A program made the translations under genes and the position numbers. DNA of 64,000 nt, from contig JABDCA010000010.1 in the NCBI GenBank assembly GCA_013288345.1, positions 6,340 through 70,339 of the forward strand, read 5' to 3'. Origin of the DNA: Bacteroidota bacterium. GTDB taxonomy: Bacteria > Bacteroidota > Bacteroidia > JABEUT01. Shown in pieces: positions 1-9,004 of the stretch; positions within the stretch are counted from its first letter, which is position 1; each line of letters begins with the position of its first letter. Below the pieces are notes generated by a model. It saw only the letters and a program-made list of their open reading frames with translations, was not told the DNA's origin and ran no database searches.

Positions 1-492
1 GTTGAAGTGCAATTCTCTGCCAAATATCTTTTTTGGATGCTTGGTAATACGCTGCAAGCCCTTTATGTACACATCGCATGAATATGCATCTACCTGGTCC
101 TGGTAAAACTTGCGCTTATCTATTGCATGACGCATTATGGCATAGGCAGGGTCTTCGGCATTACCATTCACAGTTACCTCGTTCATCTTTATACCTTCTG
201 CCTTTAGTTGCACATTGCGGGTAATATTCGCAGTACCAATTACTACTGTTTCCCTGTGCAGGGTATATCCTATAAGCTGGTAATCTACCGTATAAGTACC
301 GGGTTTGAGCTCAAGGGTATAATCGCCATCCACATTGGCAGTAGTGCCATTGGTAGTACCATCAATATATACTACAACAAAAGGAAGGGTCTGGTTATTT
401 TCGTCGGTTATTTTCCCCGTAAGGCTTGCGCCATAAGCCCGGCAAGCCATTACAACAGAAATAAAAATGAAAAGTGGTTTAATAATCCTCAT
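1..492 (-). CDS. CarboxypepD_reg-like domain protein (DUF5686-type), N-terminal 164 codons; the gene runs off the left edge
   Basis: Absent from the ORF track because no stop lies in the window. My translation of the minus strand from ATG 492-490 gives MRIIKPLFIFISVVMACRAYGASLTGKITDENNQTLPFVVVYIDGTTNGTTANVDGDYTLELKPGTYTVDYQLIGY...NAEDPAYAIMRHAIDKRKFY. This is a signal peptide followed by a carboxypeptidase-regulatory-like beta-sandwich pattern. The frame stays open to nt 1. Confidence 0.6.
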   Translation of the reverse strand, partial: MRIIKPLFIFISVVMACRAYGASLTGKITDENNQTLPFVVVYIDGTTNGTTANVDGDYTLELKPGTYTVDYQLIGYTLHRETVVIGTANITRNVQLKAEGIKMNEVTVNGNAEDPAYAIMRHAIDKRKFYQDQVDAYSCDVYIKGLQRITKHPKKIFGRELHFN

Positions 493-550
493 ATTAGCGC
501 ATAAACCTTTATCAGCTTACAACGAAGGTAAGAAAAGATTTATTGCACTG

Positions 551-678
551 TTGCCACGACCTTTAGGTCGTGGATAAAAACGCACCCTCTCATAGGCTTT
601 AGCCAAAATGTGTTAGATTTGTTAGGCTAAAGCCAATTCATATAATTAGCATACACCACGACCTAAAGGTCGTGGCAA
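551..678. repeat. 128-bp nested palindromic (REP-like) element
   Basis: TTGCCACGACCTTTAGGTCGTGG (551-573) is the perfect reverse complement of 656-678, and each arm is itself a hairpin. Inner pair GGCTTTAGCC (595-604) / GGCTAAAGCC (625-634). All pairs are symmetric about 614/615. Confidence 0.85.
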
Positions 679-692
679 TTAAAAATCACTTA

Positions 693-1508
693 ATGCGTTT
701 CAGAAAGTATTTTTTAATATTGTTTATCTTAGTAGTTGGGCTACCGGCATTGACTGCCCAGTGCAATAAATCAAAGGATTATATTGATAGCCATTACGAT
801 TCTACCCAGGCAGATTTCAGTCTCGAATTTTTTAACCCATACTCAAAAGAAAGTATGGGACCTGATAATATCAAAACACGATTTAAGAATTTTGATTGTA
901 GTCCTATTTGGAGAGATGGCTGGGGCCGAGACGGGGTGCTTGGAAATAATTACTGGAGAATACAATTTGTAATTATAGGCGCAGAAAAGGATAAGCATAA
1001 CCCTTACTTGTATCACATTACAGGAAAGTCTAAATTAAGAGATACCATTACTGATTTTACAGGCACCATTGAAGTAATTGAAGCGCTTATGAATAACTCC
1101 GATCCAACTGAAATAGATTCTACCACACATGGCTACCTTTATACCAAATATCATTTTCAACAAGATAATAAGCTGCCAAATACCGGAATATTTGCAGGAA
1201 CTGAATCATCACTTTTCCAGATTGATACTATTCACAAACAGCTTACTTCTGATACTGTTGTTGGTATTGGAGACGATGATTATGCCAATGATACTTTTGT
1301 CGGCACCTGGGTAAAATATAACTCTACTAAACCATTAAAATGTATCTGGGGTAATGGCCGCTTACCTTTTACATTCGATTTCGATACCGGAGATGGCGAT
1401 ATAGCACCCAATGAGAGATACAGAAAGAATGGCTGGCAAGGATACCCTGATGACGAACAGACTGATACAGATAACGGGCCGGTTATTGTAAAATGGTGGT
1501 TAAAATGA
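693..1508 (+). CDS. hypothetical secreted protein
   Basis: Track ORF 672-1508. I prefer the ATG at 693 (MRFRKYFLILFILVVGLPALTAQ, a clean signal peptide), because the GTG at 672 lies inside a palindromic repeat. I recognise no family. Confidence 0.55.
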   Translation: MRFRKYFLILFILVVGLPALTAQCNKSKDYIDSHYDSTQADFSLEFFNPYSKESMGPDNIKTRFKNFDCSPIWRDGWGRDGVLGNNYWRIQFVIIGAEKDKHNPYLYHITGKSKLRDTITDFTGTIEVIEALMNNSDPTEIDSTTHGYLYTKYHFQQDNKLPNTGIFAGTESSLFQIDTIHKQLTSDTVVGIGDDDYANDTFVGTWVKYNSTKPLKCIWGNGRLPFTFDFDTGDGDIAPNERYRKNGWQGYPDDEQTDTDNGPVIVKWWLK

Positions 1509-1557
1509 ACTAACCCTTACCCCTCTCCTTTAACAAAGAAAGGCATGAGTGATGTTT

Positions 1558-4020
1558 CTATTCCTGAATTTCAGTCAGCGCCGAAACTTTATTTTTTATC
1601 TGCTTCTCCACACTGTTAATTGCATTAATGGTTTTGAAAACAGAATCAGGTGTTACCGAAATACTATCAATGCCTTCTTCTACCAAAAACTTAGCAAAGT
1701 CAGGAAAATCAGAAGGGCCTTGTCCGCATATACCCACTTTTACTTTTGCCTTTTTTGCGGTTTTTATAAGCATGCTCAGCATAGCTTTTACCGCCGGGTT
1801 ACGCTCATCGTATAAGTGTGCTACTAAAGATGAATCTCTGTCAAGCCCCAGTGTTAATTGAGTAAGATCGTTAGACCCGATAGAGAACCCATCGATATGT
1901 TTTGCAAAATCTTTAGCCAGTATAATGTTCGAAGGAATTTCTGCCATCAGGTAAACTTCCAATCCTAGTTCACCACGTACCAATCCATATTCCGACATCA
2001 CCTCCTGTACTTTCAATAATTCTTCAACCGTACGACAGAAAGGAATCATAACTACTACATTCTTTAATCCCATTTTTTCACGTACCCTACGTATAGCTTT
2101 ACACTCTAAGCCAAATGCTTCTTTGTAATCTTTCGAGTAATAACGCGATGCACCTCTCCAACCAATCATCGGATTCTCTTCATCGGGTTCAAAATACTTG
2201 CCGCCTAACAAATTTTTATACTCATTACTCTTAAAGTCAGAGAAACGTACAATTACCTTATTCGGATAAAATGCGCTTGCTATTTTAGCTATACCGTACG
2301 ATAACTTCTTAACAAAGAAAGTTTCCTCATTTTCGTAGCCAACAATAAGCTGGGCAATTTTAGCAGACAGTTCCTTATCGTTCAATTGATGATGACGTAA
2401 TAGAGCCAGAGGATGCGCTTGTATGTAATTATTAATAATAAACTCTTCCCTAGCTAAGCCTACACCTGCATTCGGAATATGTGAAAACTGGAACGCCATA
2501 TCAGGTGAAGCCACATTCAGCATTATAGGGGTTTTTGTTTTAGGGAAATCAGCTACGTTTATTTCTATTTTTCTGTACTCAATATTTCCGCTATAAATAA
2601 TTCCTGTATCACCTTCTCCACACGAAACAGTTACATACTGATCGTCGGCAAGTATTTCGGTAGCATTGCGGCAACCTACAATAGCAGGTACACCCATTTC
2701 CCTTGCTACAATAGCAGCATGGCAAGTTCTTCCGCCTTTGTTGGTAATAATGGCAGCAGCCTTTTTCATGATAGGTTCCCAGTCCGGGTCGGTCATATCG
2801 GTAACCAATATATCGCCAGCCATAAAATCATTTCCATCCAGTCCCCCTGCACGTCCATCGAGCGAATACATGATCTTTACCTTACCGGCTGCAATCTTAT
2901 CACCTACTGCAATCCCTTTCAGTAATACTTTATCACCACGGCTTTCATCATCCATTTTATACTCGGTAAGCTTGCCATTATCTTTTTGCGAGTGAATGGT
3001 TTCCGGTCTTGCTTGCACAATAAATAATTCGTTCGATAGGCCGTCGACAGCCCATTCCACATCCATAGGGCACCATTTGTTCTTCAGCTTCGAATAATAT
3101 TTTTCAATACTGGCAACCCATTGTGCCAACTGCAATGCACGCTCATCCGTAATACAAAAATTCTGTTGCGCTTGTTTATCAATAGCGATAATTTTCACAC
3201 GCTCATCGGGGTCATCGCCATACACCATCTTCTTATCCTTCACACCCATCTTCTTTTCAATAATAGGTGTGTGGGTATCGAGTGTAGGCTTGAATACTAT
3301 ATACTCATCAGGCGAAACAGAACCTTGTACTATCATTTCACCCAAACCGTAAGAGCCATTAATTACCACCACATCTTTAAATCCGCTTTCGGTATCTAAT
3401 GAAAAAGCAACACCTGATGCAGCCAGATCGGAGCGCACCATTTTCTGCACGCATACCGATAAACCAACCTGAAAATGATCGTATCCAAAATTCTGACGGT
3501 AGCTAATTGCCCTGTCGGTAAAGAGAGAAGCAAAACAGTTCCGCACAGAGTTTACTAATGATTCAGGCCCGCGAACGTTCAGATATGTTTCCTGCTGTCC
3601 GGCAAAAGATGCATCCGGAAGATCTTCGGCAGTAGCAGAAGAACGCACTGCAACGTCAGTTATCTCTTGCTTGTATTTAGCTGAAAGTATAGTATATGCT
3701 TCTATAATTTGTTTTTCAATTTCATCAGGGAATTTTCCATTCTTGATTAACTGGCGCACCTGCAAACCGCCTCTACGCAGCGATTCAATATTGTTCAAAT
3801 CTATTCTGTTGATGATCTCCTTTATAATATCATCGAGCTTATTATGTTCAATGAATTTTTTATAAGCAGCTACAGTCACTACAAACCCGGCAGGAATATT
3901 AATACCCAGCTCTGTAAGGTTTTGAAGCATTTCGCCAAGTGATGCATTTTTACCACCTACAATAGGCACATCTTCGTGGCCGACTTCTTCTAACTTAAGA
4001 ATGTAATTTGTTGTTTTCAT
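1558..4020 (-). CDS. ppsA: phosphoenolpyruvate synthase
   Basis: 820 aa. ATP-grasp N-domain, phospho-His swivel motif GGRTCHAAIVAREMGVPAIVG, and a C-terminal PEP-utilising TIM barrel (GSNDLTQLTLGLDRDS). Confidence 0.95.
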   Translation of the reverse strand: MKTTNYILKLEEVGHEDVPIVGGKNASLGEMLQNLTELGINIPAGFVVTVAAYKKFIEHNKLDDIIKEIINRIDLNNIESLRRGGLQVRQLIKNGKFPDEIEKQIIEAYTILSAKYKQEITDVAVRSSATAEDLPDASFAGQQETYLNVRGPESLVNSVRNCFASLFTDRAISYRQNFGYDHFQVGLSVCVQKMVRSDLAASGVAFSLDTESGFKDVVVINGSYGLGEMIVQGSVSPDEYIVFKPTLDTHTPIIEKKMGVKDKKMVYGDDPDERVKIIAIDKQAQQNFCITDERALQLAQWVASIEKYYSKLKNKWCPMDVEWAVDGLSNELFIVQARPETIHSQKDNGKLTEYKMDDESRGDKVLLKGIAVGDKIAAGKVKIMYSLDGRAGGLDGNDFMAGDILVTDMTDPDWEPIMKKAAAIITNKGGRTCHAAIVAREMGVPAIVGCRNATEILADDQYVTVSCGEGDTGIIYSGNIEYRKIEINVADFPKTKTPIMLNVASPDMAFQFSHIPNAGVGLAREEFIINNYIQAHPLALLRHHQLNDKELSAKIAQLIVGYENEETFFVKKLSYGIAKIASAFYPNKVIVRFSDFKSNEYKNLLGGKYFEPDEENPMIGWRGASRYYSKDYKEAFGLECKAIRRVREKMGLKNVVVMIPFCRTVEELLKVQEVMSEYGLVRGELGLEVYLMAEIPSNIILAKDFAKHIDGFSIGSNDLTQLTLGLDRDSSLVAHLYDERNPAVKAMLSMLIKTAKKAKVKVGICGQGPSDFPDFAKFLVEEGIDSISVTPDSVFKTINAINSVEKQIKNKVSALTEIQE

Positions 4021-4051
4021 AATGGTTTTTTAGCGGGGAATTAGGTTAGCC

Positions 4052-4059
4052 CAAAATTA
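4052..4059 (-). promoter_or_regulatory. Bacteroidota -7 box TAATTTTG (ppsA)
   Basis: Matches TAnnTTTG. 32 nt upstream of ATG 4020. Confidence 0.5.
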
Positions 4060-4143
4060 TGAAAACGCTACCGTACAGATATTAAAAACTTGTGAACAAA
4101 TAAATAACAATTCACCTCACCCTACCTGCCTATCAGCAGGCTT

Positions 4144-4167
4144 CCCTCTCCTTGTACAAGGAGAGGG
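4144..4167. repeat. perfect 24-nt palindrome CCCTCTCCTTGTACAAGGAGAGGG (REP-like hairpin)
   Basis: Self-complementary by inspection. A degenerate copy of the left arm, CCCTCTCCTT, occurs at 1521-1530. An adjacent small hairpin CCTGC...GCAGG lies at 4125-4140. Confidence 0.8.
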
Positions 4168-4181
4168 TTGGAACTATCTAT

Positions 4182-4553
4182 TTATGGCAATACCCTTACT
4201 GTAGCTGAATCTGTTTTAACGGGCGCGTATGTTTCTTCATTTATTGCCTGCAGATAAACGTGATAAAAACCCGGGTTAGTAAAAACGTACTGTAACTTAT
4301 TGGTTTTGTCGAACAGATAATCGGTGCCTGTATGCTGCAAGTAAGAAGTAGTCCGGGCTTGCGCTGAGTCAATCAGAAAGACCAGGGCTTCGTCGCTTTT
4401 AGAGTAATTGCTTATTACTAGCGTATCTTTTAAATGAATAGTACTCGCACTCAAGGTCATACGGGCAAATGGCACCACCACTATTGTTTTATGGCAGGAG
4501 GGGGTAATAAATAGTAATGCAAATAATGACAGAATGATTCTAAATGGTTTCAT
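4182..4553 (-). CDS. hypothetical lipoprotein
   Basis: 123 aa. Lipobox-like N-terminus MKPFRIILSLFALLFITPSC. No recognised family. Confidence 0.55.
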   Translation of the reverse strand: MKPFRIILSLFALLFITPSCHKTIVVVPFARMTLSASTIHLKDTLVISNYSKSDEALVFLIDSAQARTTSYLQHTGTDYLFDKTNKLQYVFTNPGFYHVYLQAINEETYAPVKTDSATVRVLP

Positions 4554-4615
4554 AAAGCGGTTGTGTTATATATCAGTAAAAACGAGGATATATAAAACTT
4601 ATTGTTCAGCGTTCA

Positions 4616-5305
4616 CTAAACGCCCTTACGTAACAACTGCCTGATCGTTGCTAAATGCGAAAACAAGACTAATGGCACAACGCAGCAGGGTAGCCATACA
4701 AATGGAAAATAAAGAACTGCAATATCGGGTTGATCAAACCCAAATTGTTGAAATGGGAACGGAGCAGAGAGAACAGCATTAATAACAATATTGAATAAAA
4801 GTCCGATACAAAGGAAGTTCCAAAGCAGTATTAAATTTTTATTTATCTGCTTTTTCACAAAACCAAAATAAAAGATGACAGGTGCAGTAAGGCCCGATAG
4901 TATGTCGAAGTTACGACCTTCGAAGGTCATAAGTTGTGGTACCATCTTATGAATGCACAGCCACAACAAAACAAGTTCGACAGGTATTCTTACAATATGT
5001 ACAAGTGTCAGCCTGCCTGCATCAAGGCTATCTATATATTGTCTGCCCTTTGCTGTTGCAAAAAGTGCAATAATAAAAAGTAGAGTTGGCAGCACTAAAA
5101 GAATAAACCGGGGCGGAAAATTATTGGTTATAGTATAAAAGCCAGATAATGAAACCATGGTTTGCACCGTAAGCCAAAGCAACAAAACTGCTAATGTGAT
5201 TTTTGAATTATTGGCTGCCCTATAAAAGAGCCCTACAGTCAAAAATGTTGTCAGAATAAAGACTATGCTAATGTATATCGGTAAGTTTTCCATTAGCATA
5301 TTCAT
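4616..5305 (-). CDS. hypothetical multi-pass membrane protein
   Basis: 229 aa with about 6-7 hydrophobic helices. Lies 8 nt downstream of lysS on the same strand. Confidence 0.55.
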   Translation of the reverse strand: MNMLMENLPIYISIVFILTTFLTVGLFYRAANNSKITLAVLLLWLTVQTMVSLSGFYTITNNFPPRFILLVLPTLLFIIALFATAKGRQYIDSLDAGRLTLVHIVRIPVELVLLWLCIHKMVPQLMTFEGRNFDILSGLTAPVIFYFGFVKKQINKNLILLWNFLCIGLLFNIVINAVLSAPFPFQQFGFDQPDIAVLYFPFVWLPCCVVPLVLFSHLATIRQLLRKGV

Positions 5306-5313
5306 TTTAGGTG

Positions 5314-6822
5314 TTAAAATTTTTCAGGCCTCATTTGAGGGAAGAAAAGCACATCTTGTATTGAAGCAGAATTGGTCATAAGCATAGTGAGCCTATCAAT
5401 ACCAATACCCACACCCGATGTTGGAGGCATACCGTATTCTATAGCACGCAAAAAATCATTATCAATGGTCATTGCCTCATCGTCACCACGTTCTGCTAGC
5501 TTCATCTGATCTTCAAAACGGGCGCGTTGGTCAATTGGGTCGTTCAACTCGCTATATGCGTTGCACAATTCTTTTCCGTTAATGAATAACTCAAAGCGTT
5601 CTACCAATCCTGGTATAGAACGGTGCTTTTTACACAATGGCGACATTTCAACAGGGTAGTCCATTATAAAAGTTGGCTGTATGTAATGGTGCTGCGCCTT
5701 GGCTGAAAATATTTCATCAATCAATTTGCCTTTACCCATTGAAGGGGCAACATCAATTTTCTGCTCTTGGCAAACCTTTCTTAATTCTTCTTCGGTCATG
5801 TTCGATACATCAACCCCTGCATGTTCTTTAATAGCATCGAAAAGCCTTACACGCTTAAATGGCCTATGGAAATCGAGTGTATTTTCTCCGGCAGCTACTT
5901 TAGTTGTGCTGTATAAGTCCATTGCAATCTTCTCAAGCATTTCTTCCACAAGGCCCATCATCCATTCGTAATCTTTGTAAGCAACGTACAACTCCATTTG
6001 TGTAAACTCAGGGTTGTGTGTTCTGTCCATACCTTCGTTGCGGAAATCTTTTGCAAATTCATATACCGCATCAAAGCCACCTACAATAAGGCGTTTCAGG
6101 TAAAGCTCGTTAGCTATACGCAGGTACAATGGAATATCTAACGCATTATGGTGCGTAACGAATGGCCTTGCAGCAGCGCCACCCGGAATAGATTGCAGTA
6201 TAGGTGTCTCTACTTCCAGGTAACCTCTTTCATTTAAAAAGGTACGCATAGAATTTATAATAACTGTACGCTGTACAAATACATTCCTTACTTCAGGGTT
6301 GATAATAAGGTCAACATAACGCTGGCGGTAACGCAATTCAGGGTCAGTAACTTCATCATGGGCTTTACCTTCACTGTCAACCTTCACTACCGGCAAAGGC
6401 TTTAGCGATTTGGTAAGCAATGTAAATGAGGTAACGTGTATAGAAATTGTACCGGTATTGGTCGTAAATACATATCCTTTAACACCAACAATATCGCCAA
6501 TATCAAGTAGTTTCTTAAAAACAGAATTGAACATGGTCTTATCTTCACCGGGGCAGATCTCATCGCGCTTTACATATATCTGTATGCGGCCACGGGCATC
6601 TTGTATTTCGGCAAAAGCAGCATTACCCATTTGGCGCAAAACCATAATACGGCCGGCAATGCTTATGTTTTTATAATTCAGTTTATCGCGCTCGTAATTT
6701 TCGAGTATATCGGCCGAATTGGCGTTCACCTCAAAAAGCTCTGCAGGATAAGGCTCTACTCCCAGCTTTCTTATTTCATCTAATTTATTGCGCCTGATCT
6801 GTTCTTGTTCTGATAATTCCAT
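5314..6822 (-). CDS. lysS: lysine--tRNA ligase (class II)
   Basis: 502 aa. OB-fold anticodon-binding N-domain and class II core motifs (FRNEGMDRTHNPEFT, GIGIDRL). Confidence 0.95.
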   Translation of the reverse strand: MELSEQEQIRRNKLDEIRKLGVEPYPAELFEVNANSADILENYERDKLNYKNISIAGRIMVLRQMGNAAFAEIQDARGRIQIYVKRDEICPGEDKTMFNSVFKKLLDIGDIVGVKGYVFTTNTGTISIHVTSFTLLTKSLKPLPVVKVDSEGKAHDEVTDPELRYRQRYVDLIINPEVRNVFVQRTVIINSMRTFLNERGYLEVETPILQSIPGGAAARPFVTHHNALDIPLYLRIANELYLKRLIVGGFDAVYEFAKDFRNEGMDRTHNPEFTQMELYVAYKDYEWMMGLVEEMLEKIAMDLYSTTKVAAGENTLDFHRPFKRVRLFDAIKEHAGVDVSNMTEEELRKVCQEQKIDVAPSMGKGKLIDEIFSAKAQHHYIQPTFIMDYPVEMSPLCKKHRSIPGLVERFELFINGKELCNAYSELNDPIDQRARFEDQMKLAERGDDEAMTIDNDFLRAIEYGMPPTSGVGIGIDRLTMLMTNSASIQDVLFFPQMRPEKF

Positions 6823-6841
6823 AATTGAAAAATATGATTTT

Positions 6842-6849
6842 CAAAGATA
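6842..6849 (-). promoter_or_regulatory. -7 box TATCTTTG (lysS)
   Basis: Matches TAnnTTTG. 20 nt upstream of ATG 6822. Confidence 0.5.
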
Positions 6850-6861
6850 GTAGAAAAAATC

Positions 6862-6944
6862 CGCCACTGATTCACAGATAATGAACGCAGGCACAATTTC
6901 TTGAATTTTTAAAACCTTCTTTAATAATCTGTGAATCTGTGGCC
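6862..6944. repeat. inverted repeat pair of the GATTCACAGAT family
   Basis: 6862-6882 versus the reverse complement of 6924-6944 match at 18/21 positions. The core GATTCACAGAT is at 6869-6879 (+) and 6927-6937 (-). Confidence 0.75.
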
Positions 6945-6951
6945 ATTTAGT

Positions 6952-7620
6952 TTAAAATAAAATCTGCTTTAAGCTTATCAATATTATAGCAATACCAACC
7001 AGTATCATAGTAATCTTTACCGGAATATGTTTAGCCAGATAAGGGCCAATAGGTGAACCTGCCAGGCCGCCAACAGCAAGCCAGGCCACTATATACCAAT
7101 TTGTAAACCCAATAAGGGTAATTAAGGTAACAGAGCTTACCAGAGCGACAAAAAACCTGGAAAGAACAACTGAACCTATCGAATAACGGGCATTTCGTCC
7201 ACCCGCAATAAGTGTTGACGATACAATGGTGCCCCAGCCTGCGCCGCCTATAGAATCGAGAAAGCCGGCAATAAAACCAAGCGGGTATATGTGTTTTATC
7301 TTCTTTATTCTAACGATCTTCTTTGCTGCCCTATACAGAATAATAAGTCCTAACAATAAGGTATATATAGATATTACGGTTTTAATAACCTGCAGGTAAT
7401 CTTTAAACAGAAACAGAACAAAGGCCCCTATTATTGCACCTATACTACCCGGAATTAAAAGTTTGCGGAATAGTTTATTATTTACGTTACCCATTTTTAA
7501 ATGGACTAAACCTGTTGCGCCGGCCGTAAATATTTCTAAAATATGGACTATAATGACTGTTATGGCAGGGGCAATACCTGTACCCAATAGTAATACTATA
7601 GTAGTTACACCATAGGCCAT
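6952..7620 (-). CDS. TauE/SafE family sulfite-exporter-like membrane protein (minimal ATG-started ORF; the true start is probably near 7782)
   Basis: 222 aa of repeated Gly-rich TM helices (GFLDSIGGAGWGTI) typical of TauE/SafE. The frame stays open 56 codons upstream of the ATG and encodes a further family-like TM helix with no ATG, GTG or TTG. See findings. Confidence 0.75.
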   Translation of the reverse strand: MAYGVTTIVLLLGTGIAPAITVIIVHILEIFTAGATGLVHLKMGNVNNKLFRKLLIPGSIGAIIGAFVLFLFKDYLQVIKTVISIYTLLLGLIILYRAAKKIVRIKKIKHIYPLGFIAGFLDSIGGAGWGTIVSSTLIAGGRNARYSIGSVVLSRFFVALVSSVTLITLIGFTNWYIVAWLAVGGLAGSPIGPYLAKHIPVKITMILVGIAIILISLKQILF

Positions 7621-7800
7621 GCCCAGGGTGCCATTAATTATTTCAGCAATAAAGCCTATTGTAATATATTCCCACTTACCGGTTTTAATACTACCGGATG
7701 GAGAGAAATAATTACCCAGGCAAACTGCTATAATAATCAGAGCAAATAAAAAAAGGTATATAAAACCGCCGTACTTTTTAATAGTGCTTTATTTTGTACT

Positions 7801-7808
7801 CAAAGATA
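7801..7808 (-). promoter_or_regulatory. -7 box TATCTTTG (TauE-like gene)
   Basis: Matches TAnnTTTG. Lies just upstream of the open frame that extends to 7788. Confidence 0.5.
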
Positions 7809-7822
7809 GGGAATGAGAGGTA

Positions 7823-7860
7823 GCCAAAGATTCACAGATTAATTCGTGAAATTAGTGGCC
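7823..7860. repeat. imperfect hairpin of the GATTCACAGAT family
   Basis: GCCAAAGATTCACAGATTAATTCGTGAAATTAGTGGCC. It shares the 11-mer GATTCACAGAT (7829-7839) with the 6862-6944 element. Confidence 0.65.
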
Positions 7861-7894
7861 TGTATTGACATTTTGAGGTTACTATAATAAAGTA

Positions 7895-7902
7895 TACCTT
7901 TG
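7895..7902 (+). promoter_or_regulatory. -7 box TACCTTTG (desaturase)
   Basis: Matches TAnnTTTG. 20 nt upstream of ATG 7922. Confidence 0.5.
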
Positions 7903-7921
7903 CACACTTAATCCAATATAA

Positions 7922-8986
7922 ATGGCATTTATTGACATAGTTTTGGAGCCGCCAGGATACGGCTGGCAAGATGAAAACGGTAACCTGATCAAGCCAACTA
8001 ATGGCCAGATACTTAAAGAATTCTTTTACCGTCAGAATATTTTCCGCACCAAAAAGAACTGGATGAATTTTTTGGGTTGGTTTTGGGTTATTTGCCTTAC
8101 ACCTTTCCTTGTTATTTTCTTTGCAAAATACTTTAGTTGGTGGCTATGCCTTGCAGGCTTCCTGTATAGTATGGTACTTATGGGTAGCCATGGTACTATA
8201 TGGTATCACCGCTATGGCACACACAGGGCTTATAGTTTTAAAAATAAATTCTGGCGTTTTATCACTCAAAACCTGGTTATAAAGGTTATACCTGAGGAAA
8301 TGTACATTGTATCACATCACGTGCATCATGCCAAATCGGACCAACCGGGAGATCCTTATAATGCAAACTGCGGCTTTTTATATTGCTTTTTGGCTGATAC
8401 CAACCACCAGAGCATTGCTAAAAACCTGAGTAAAGAAGAATACGACCGCATTAAAGTATTTATTGACCATACAGGAGTTACACCTAACACCTACGAGCAA
8501 TACCAAAAGTGGGGAACCATTGCAAATCCTTTCCGCACCATAAGCGCTACTTTACTTAATTGGGCATTTTGGTACACTACATTCTATTTAATTGGCGGTA
8601 ATGCTCTTGCTTGCTGCATTTTCGGATGGGCAGTATTATGGGCAGTGGGTGTGCGTACTTTTAACTTCGAAGGACATGGTAAAGGCAAAGACAAGCGCCA
8701 GGAAGGTGTTGATTTTTGCTGGGATGATATGTCGATTAACCAATACTGGCCGGGCTATGTAGCCGGCGAATGGCACAATAACCACCACCTGTTCCCAAAT
8801 AGTGCACGTGCAGGCTTTCTACCACACCAATTAGATTTGGCTTGGTGTTATGTATATATGCTAAATATGCTTGGTGGAATAAAATCCTTCAACAACTCAA
8901 AGCAGCTTTTTTACGAAAAGTATTATCTGCCGTATATTAAAGAGAAGAAACAGTCAAGTGGTAAGGCAGTGAAAGACGCAGCTTAA
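7922..8986 (+). CDS. acyl-CoA (delta-9 type) fatty acid desaturase
   Basis: Three His boxes in the stearoyl-CoA desaturase arrangement: HRYGTHRAY, HHVHHAKSD, GEWHNNHHLFPNSAR. TM helices precede the first box. Confidence 0.85.
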   Translation: MAFIDIVLEPPGYGWQDENGNLIKPTNGQILKEFFYRQNIFRTKKNWMNFLGWFWVICLTPFLVIFFAKYFSWWLCLAGFLYSMVLMGSHGTIWYHRYGTHRAYSFKNKFWRFITQNLVIKVIPEEMYIVSHHVHHAKSDQPGDPYNANCGFLYCFLADTNHQSIAKNLSKEEYDRIKVFIDHTGVTPNTYEQYQKWGTIANPFRTISATLLNWAFWYTTFYLIGGNALACCIFGWAVLWAVGVRTFNFEGHGKGKDKRQEGVDFCWDDMSINQYWPGYVAGEWHNNHHLFPNSARAGFLPHQLDLAWCYVYMLNMLGGIKSFNNSKQLFYEKYYLPYIKEKKQSSGKAVKDAA

Positions 8987-9004
8987 TTAATGGTGAATTG
9001 TTAA

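Noticed and set aside
208-504. 98-aa + strand ORF
   Set aside because: It lies antisense to, and entirely within, the much better supported minus-strand CarboxypepD_reg-like gene (1-492). Its product has no signal or motif, so it is a shadow ORF.
1509-1557. Weak palindrome CCTTTAACAAAGAAAGG between convergent genes
   Set aside because: It is only a degenerate copy of the CCCTCTCCTT...AAGGAGAGGG family with a poor stem. That is not enough to call a terminator or repeat feature.
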